A DNA stretch of 64,000 bases from Pocillopora damicornis (lineage: Eukaryota). The position numbers were made by a program, and so were the translations under genes. The DNA lies in contig NW_020846216.1 in assembly GCF_003704095.1 (NCBI RefSeq), positions 186,001 to 250,000 of the forward strand. The letters run 5' to 3'. Positions 58,092 through 64,000 of the stretch are shown piece by piece (the stretch's first letter is position 1; the number at the start of each line of letters is the position of its first letter). The notes below the pieces were generated by a model that was not told where the DNA came from, searched no databases, and was given only the letters and a program-made list of their open reading frames with translations.

Positions 58092-61000
58092 TCATTCCTC
58101 CTGTTCAGCGGATTCTCCTTCTTCTACGTCGCTGGTTGCTCCTGTATAAATCAGAATCAAAACGGAAAATTAATGATAAAAAAAGGAAGGTAAGAGAGAG
58201 AATTGGATTTCGAACGGATAATACTTAAGGTGTTCTACATTTATCAGGTCTGGCCGAACCGAAAGCACTGGGTTTTTATTTTTTCATGGTGTTATTAGAG
58301 TGTTTTTTATCATTCTCAAAATTCTGTCGGAGATTGGGGTCGAATATAATTAAGATTTTTGATTAGCAGGTGTCACAAAGCGTGTCCCTTTTTATCGTGA
58401 GTTTTTAAAGAAATGTGAGAAAAAAATTGCAAAATTGTGACTTGTTTGGGAACCTAAATTGCTATTGCTAATGTAGGCGATTATTCAATGACCAAATTTC
58501 CTGCTATTTGGACAAGAGGTAAACATTGAAGATGAATAATGACTAGTGCCAGGCGAATTTACCGTGAACAATTTCTGTCACTTCTCTGCACAAGCTCGCT
58601 CAAGTTACGGCCCGAGGAGGGTCTGAACGTTATAGAACAACGTTATAGAGCAGCACTTATGAGCGGCTGCTGATGATGACGACTTACCCTGATTGGGGGT
58701 GACAGGTGCTTCACCTGGTATGGAACTGAATGGGGATTAAAAAAAAAGCGCAGTTTAGTTTGGCTGTAACCAGGAGCCTATTACCCGGAGCCTCCATACC
58801 AATTGTACCCTTGAGTCACCCCTGTCCTGTATCTTATTATTTTTAAAACTGAGATATGTAGTGGGTTCTTTAATTTTCCGCGAAAACACGCTGACGTTCG
58901 CATAAAACCCTAAAAAAAATGGCGGCCAAAGGCGAAGGCTGACCTCTATTCATTCTCTGCATGTGACATAAACAATAGAGGACTACAGCTCTCTTACGAT
59001 TGGCTATTATGTAAACACCCGCGAAAAACCCCGGGGGAGGTGCTTCTAACAATAAAAAGATACGGGACAGGGTTGACTCCGATGGTAAATATGGAAGATG
59101 GAAGCTTCGGATAATGGGCTCCTGCCGTAACTGAAGTTCGTCCTAAAAGTAAGTAAAATATAAGTGCTTCGTGAATGACGTAAGCTCATAGAGGAGCGCT
59201 GAGACTAAGGGTTTGAATTTTAAAGAAAGCAAGATACAATTCAACACCAATTTTCAATTAAGTGTCGAAAGTAATCCGGAATTTATTAGGTTTTGCCTTA
59301 TTTCGCTCTCTGATTGGTCCGAAAGCTTGCACGATTTTGTCAACCAATCAGAGTCAAAACCAGAAGCAGTCGCGACTTCGCGTTTCCCGCGCTTCAAGCA
59401 GTTTCCTTGTCTTTACTTTGAGTTCTCATTGGCTCCCTTTGATATTTCCTTTTGTTCTAATTGGCTGTTACGATGACTCTGGTTAAACGACATCCAATCA
59501 AAATGCGCTCTAGGTTATACCTTCTTCTTGATCCCGCCTCGTCTCCAGTCTCCTCCTCATGTTCCTCGCCAAACGGTGCCAAAGTCAATGGATTAAAACC
59601 GGACATGGGTTCTCCGATGATACCAACTCTGCAGGGAAAAGAAAACGTTGACTTGACATCACAGTTACTGTCACATTCCATCTTAACAGCATACTAGTCT
59701 AAAAAAACCATGTCCCATATTTCTTAGAATCTCAATAAGACTTATGGGGGTGTCTTTTGAAAGAAAATGTGCTTTGGATGGGGGAAACCTTTTTTGGGTG
59801 CAATAGACTTGAATTGGAACTCCAAAATTTTGGAATACCAGTCAAAAGGAATGGTACAAACTGAGGCAGTGATAGACAAACCATCGAATTTGAAGAAGAA
59901 GAAGAAATCTGAAAAAGCTTAATCTTTTCTGCAATGTCAGAACAAACATTTACGAAAAATGAGAACTGATAATTTTCTCTTTACATGTACATCATCAACT
60001 ACCACGAATTTACTTACTTGGGTTGAAGGATAAGACCCAGCTTTTCTTCTTCGTGTGGAATCTCACTGCAAAAATCATAATTTAATGAACATTTTGTGCG
60101 TCACAAGTGAGCAAAGAAGGAGCATCGTCGTGGCACTTGATACAGTTTCAGATGCAGTTCATAACCATTTTAAAATTTACCGAAGGAGACTACAAGTATT
60201 TGTTCATTGAGATAGATACACGAACAAGAGATGACACTTAACAAGCAGGAACAAGGATGGATGACATTAAAACGGATTTCTAACGAAGCGTGCTTGAAAA
60301 TAGTACACGAACCGTGATTTCACAGTGTGCGCGCGGTTACTTGGGCAGCGAAGGAAGGAAGGGGGTGAGTTTTCGCGTGCCTTGCCATTTTGAACACACA
60401 TAGCACCTGCTATGACATTTCAACAAAGTAGCATTTACGACTATTCTGCATGCAGAGCCAACCATCTGTCACTTTTTGAAAGGAGTTGAAAATTTCATGA
60501 CCATAATCTTACTTTTCCGACAAGGGAAGAGCTTTGGTGCGATCAAGAAACCACGGACTTGCTTCCTGTGAGGTCGGTAACAGGGACACCAGCACCGGAG
60601 AACGTTGGCTGTAGGAAAGAACAAACCTCGTCACAACTAGTCTCACGGGCATAATTGCTTTTTTTGTTTGAAATTTCAATGTCAAAGTGTAATAATGCAA
60701 GACCAAGAAGAGAAAATCAGTTTTAAAATTAAAATTTTATCATGAAGTTGTGAGTATCATTCAATTCGTACTTACTTGATAATTGACTTGATAGGCGGTC
60801 GCTTTCTGTGACGCAATCAAGGCAATGGCGATATTTAGAGGAGGTAAAGTATGGCAAGGAGACAATCACTTACATATACAGTTTAACTAATTCAAGAGCA
60901 TAATGTTCTGTAGCTCTGAAAGTTTGTCATGCATTTGGACTATGCTAGTGTGGAAATAAATTCTATCCACGGGTCCTAGACACCCGGGGTCTTAGGTGCT

Positions 61001-63430
61001 GAGATGAGAAGAAAAGCAGATGGAGTGGCCTTCCAAATGTCCTCGAGAGACGAGGCGGGCTGTGAGAGCTCTTTTGCATTAAGACAAAATAATGAATAGG
61101 GCATGGAGGGGAGGGTTAAAAAGTCATCCGGCCGGGACTTGAGCCCAGGCCTCTCGGTCCGAAGTGCCGAACTAATCTTTTTCTTGAAATCAATTGATAG
61201 ACTGTGAGTTGAACTGTAAAAAGGATATTAAAACACTTACGGTTTGAGCCTACGATATTCGGCAGGTGTCAACGGCTGCTTGGTGCTGTCTTTGAGGCGA
61301 TCCATAGCATACACCTCTGACAAGAAAAAGGTATGATATTTCAATTACGTTATGTTTCTTTCGGTGATGTGCCCCTGTGTTTAACGTTTCGTTATGTGAA
61401 GTCACGTGTGAGTACCTTCAACTGCTTGGGGTCGCCCTGCTGGGTTGAATGTGTCTGAACGAAACAATCTGATGAGAAAAGGTAAACTGAGTATGAATAA
61501 ATACCGAAATGAACAAAAATAGGAATTTTATCTTAATAGTGATGCTGATTATGATGATAATAATGATATGGCGATGACATTGACATTGACATTGACAGTG
61601 ACCGTGAAAATGACAGTAATAATAATAATGACAAGGATGATGTCAGTGATATTGATCATAATAAGAGATCATGGTCACTTAAATATTGATGATTTTTTTA
61701 AAAATATCTATTGTGTTAAATGAAATACGTACCTTCCCAGTTCTTTTTGTATTAAATCCAAATGTTGTCGTCTAAATGCAACGTAGGTCACAAATGCAGA
61801 AAATGGGTAAAGAGCCTTTGGAATAAGAAAATAATGAAATAAAAAATGTAGACAAATGCATTAAATGATCCAGCCAACCTTAAATTACCAGGCCCTTGTT
61901 GTTCAAAGGCTGAATAGCACTACCCACTGAATAGATTCCTATCCAGCTGACACAGTAGTTTTGTGAACACTTATCCCCTGGATAGCCATTTATCCAGTGG
62001 ACAGCACTATCCAACCTTTGAACAACCCAGGCCAGGCATGAAATGAAACCAATCATGTTCTTATAACTGTACATATAACAATGAACTTACCTCATAGAGT
62101 TCCCTGTCTCTGCTTGTGTATGAGCTACGTTGTCTAAAATTTAGCGAACAGCAAGTTAGAGACAACAACTGAGGGAATTTATTCCAGACCATGCCCTGGT
62201 TGTTTGAAGGGTGGATAACATTATTCACTGGCTAACCCTCGAACTCCCTTAAGTGACCAAGACAGCATTTCTCCTTACAATATCCACACAATATCAATCA
62301 GATAATTGATGAGAATAAAGAAAAATATCCTTAATTGATCCAATACTAAATTCTCCAAACTAACATAAGAATTGTGTAGTTGACAGTAAAGGAGAATTAT
62401 AAATTTGATCTGGGAATTAAAGGGTTAAATCTCTATCCAGTAGAAAGTTTCGCCAACACTGATATCTGCTGGATAGCAATTTATTCTTTTGATAGCTAGC
62501 AATTTTTTGCAGGATAGGGATTAATCTGTTGTATAGCATTATCCATCTTTTGAACAACTGGGCCCAGACTGATATACATGTATGTTAAGTTGACTCCAAT
62601 AAAGCAGGGTGGTCAATCCATGGCCATGGACCTGTTTTTTCCATATTATATCACCTAAAGGGAATAAAAATTTCCCAACCTGCTTTCCTCCTCCTCTAAT
62701 AATAAGATGAGGTGGAAAGTAAGATGGAAAATTATCATTTAAAGTGCTTCCTTGATTCCTTGACACATTTCCTAGTAAATCTAACACCAGAGCTCTCTCA
62801 TGATTCACATATAAATGTGTCGCATAAAAACTTTGTAAGGCTTCATTTTGTTACTTGCAGGTTTTGAGGATTCATGATCCCAAAAATATCTCTCACAATA
62901 AAAAAAAGGAAGCAAGATAGACAGCACAAAACAATTTACTTAATCTACCAGTCAAATGGAACATTCCGTAAGTGAATCAAAAGTGTCAGCTGTTCTCAAT
63001 GAATTTGGACTCACTAACAGAATTCCATCTATATTATTTTCACCTCTCAAGAGGTGCCCCATTACATGACTCAAAAAGTTGAAAAATTAGAAAATTCCAT
63101 CTATCTATCCTCTCTTTATGCACAGAAAATCACAAACATGTGAGTTCCCAGCAAAAATTTTGGTGATCTCAGGCTGAAAATTTGGTCCTGCTAAGCACTG
63201 AAAATACTACCAACATCCAAATAAAAAAATTCTGCAAATTAAATTTCATGTACATGATACTTCTTATCTTTTCTTCAAGAAATAATTACCTGCCACAGCC
63301 CATGTGATGTTTATCTTCCAGTCCAAGCCCAAGAACAAGTGTACAGTAACATTGTCCTAGAAGTCTCTGTGCTGATTCTTGTTTGGAGACAGCTGTTGCA
63401 AGCGCTTTTCTCTCAGCTAGACTTGGTTCA
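58092..63430 (-). CDS. PPP1R36: Protein phosphatase 1 regulatory subunit 36-like, 3' part (5' exons beyond the window)
   Basis: Phase-consistent small exons (minus strand): 63290-63430 (AQRLLGQCYCTLVLGLGLEDKHHMGCG), 62091-62133, 61733-61815 (FSAFVTYVAFRRQHLDLIQKELGR), 61416-61468 (LFRSDTFN), 61241-61316, 60776-60805 (KRPPIKSII), 60513-60608 (RSPVLVSLLP), 60018-60065, 59521-59628 (VGIIGEP..FNPLTLAP), and tentatively 58688-58725 and 58092-58141. These match recalled PPP1R36 motifs (YCILVLGL..DKHHM.CG, GRLFR, RSPV..LLP, VGILGEP). Confidence 0.85.
58771..59124. mobile_element. MITE with imperfect terminal inverted repeats of about 70 bp, in a PPP1R36 intron
   Basis: Left end caggagcctattacccggagcctccat...gagtcacccctgtcctgtatctt; right end reverse-complemented caggagcccattatccgaagcttccat...gagtcaaccctgtcccgtatctt. 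Confidence 0.7.
59250..59500 (+). repeat. Copy of the 250-bp dispersed repeat family
   Basis: ttttcaattaagtgtcgaaagtaatccgg...caaccaatcaga...cgcgtttcccgcgctt. Confidence 0.65.
61890..62035. mobile_element. MITE with ggcc.gttgttcaaag terminal inverted repeats
   Basis: ggcccttgttgttcaaagg ... cctttgaacaacccaggcc. Related copies at about 47010-47158 and 62190-62568. Confidence 0.6.
62232..62428. mobile_element. piggyBac-type MITE (second subfamily) nested in another MITE spanning about 62190-62568
   Basis: ctaaccctc...aaagggttaa interrupts an element with ends gccctggttgtttgaagg / cttttgaacaactgggc. Related partial copies at about 4286-4451 and 44745-44838. Confidence 0.6.
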
Positions 63431-63589
63431 CTGCGCAGAAAATGATACAAGTTAGCAATTGCTTTGTTTACTTCTTCTTTTCATTGTATTGCATGTATAA
63501 TTACATGTAAACTCTGTGGATGTCATAATTAAATACATATACGTCTTACCAATATCACACTTTGATGCATCATTTTTAAGTTACTTCTT

Positions 63590-63702
63590 GGATCAATATC
63601 AGTATCTGGGCAACTGCCCACATACCCCTCCCCTAACCCAACATTAACCCTAACTTGTTATCAATTGACTGATAGCAAGTTGTCAGATACTGATATCAAT
63701 CC
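63590..63702. mobile_element. Short MITE with ggatcaatatcagtatctg termini
   Basis: ggatcaatatcagtatctgggcaact ... agttgtcagatactgatatcaatcc, with internal cctaaccc motifs. Confidence 0.55.
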
Positions 63703-64000
63703 TACTTCTCTCTGCAGCACAGATCCTTCTTCTCTCTGCAGCACAGGAGTCATTTCACAGAAAAAAAATGGACCAAGATTTTACAGTTTAAATCTTATTT
63801 TTTCTTTGCACTTCACCTGCAGGCTCAAGGTACTAACCTAGAACATTTCTATAGCCCTCACACTAACATCATTCTAAAGCTAGCTTAGCCAAGCTAATAT
63901 AGATTTGGCTTCATCAGTATCAACAAACCACTCATTATCTTTCAGTAAATCTAAGGCAAGGCCACATTATGGACTCATAGAGGAAGGTGTAATGTAAACT

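Noticed and set aside
59045-59142. Terminal PPP1R36 exon (TNFSYGRSPLSEAS...)
   Set aside because: It mostly overlaps a MITE terminal repeat, and a phase-consistent alternative exists (58688-58725, 58092-58141).

Overview
AT-rich, intron-rich eukaryotic genomic DNA with several N-gaps. The gene set and repeats suggest a cnidarian, probably a stony coral (inference only). The window is almost entirely small tandem paralog arrays. (1) Two serine palmitoyltransferase LCB2-type genes (SPTLC2-like, + strand): the first is 5'-truncated by the window edge and the second is broken by gaps. (2) Three type I asparaginase / 60-kDa lysophospholipase genes (ASPG-like, - strand): a canonical ankyrin-bearing copy (43036-49157), an ankyrin-bearing copy whose catalytic TGGT reads TGGA (33383-41272, candidate pseudoenzyme) and an ankyrin-less copy with a remodelled active site (15669-19811). 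(3) Three intronless secreted AA15-type lytic polysaccharide monooxygenases with a Pro/Thr linker and a 6-Cys C-terminal module, sitting inside the ASPG array. (4) Three intronless class A GPCRs lacking the TM3-ECL2 disulfide. (5) The 3' part of a PPP1R36-like gene. Non-coding DNA carries MITEs (including a TTAA-CCC piggyBac-type family), tRNA-derived SINEs, a LINE tail and Penelope-like remnants with minimal hammerhead ribozyme motifs. All exon models were built by hand from GT/GC-AG sites, reading phase and remembered homology; no database search was run.
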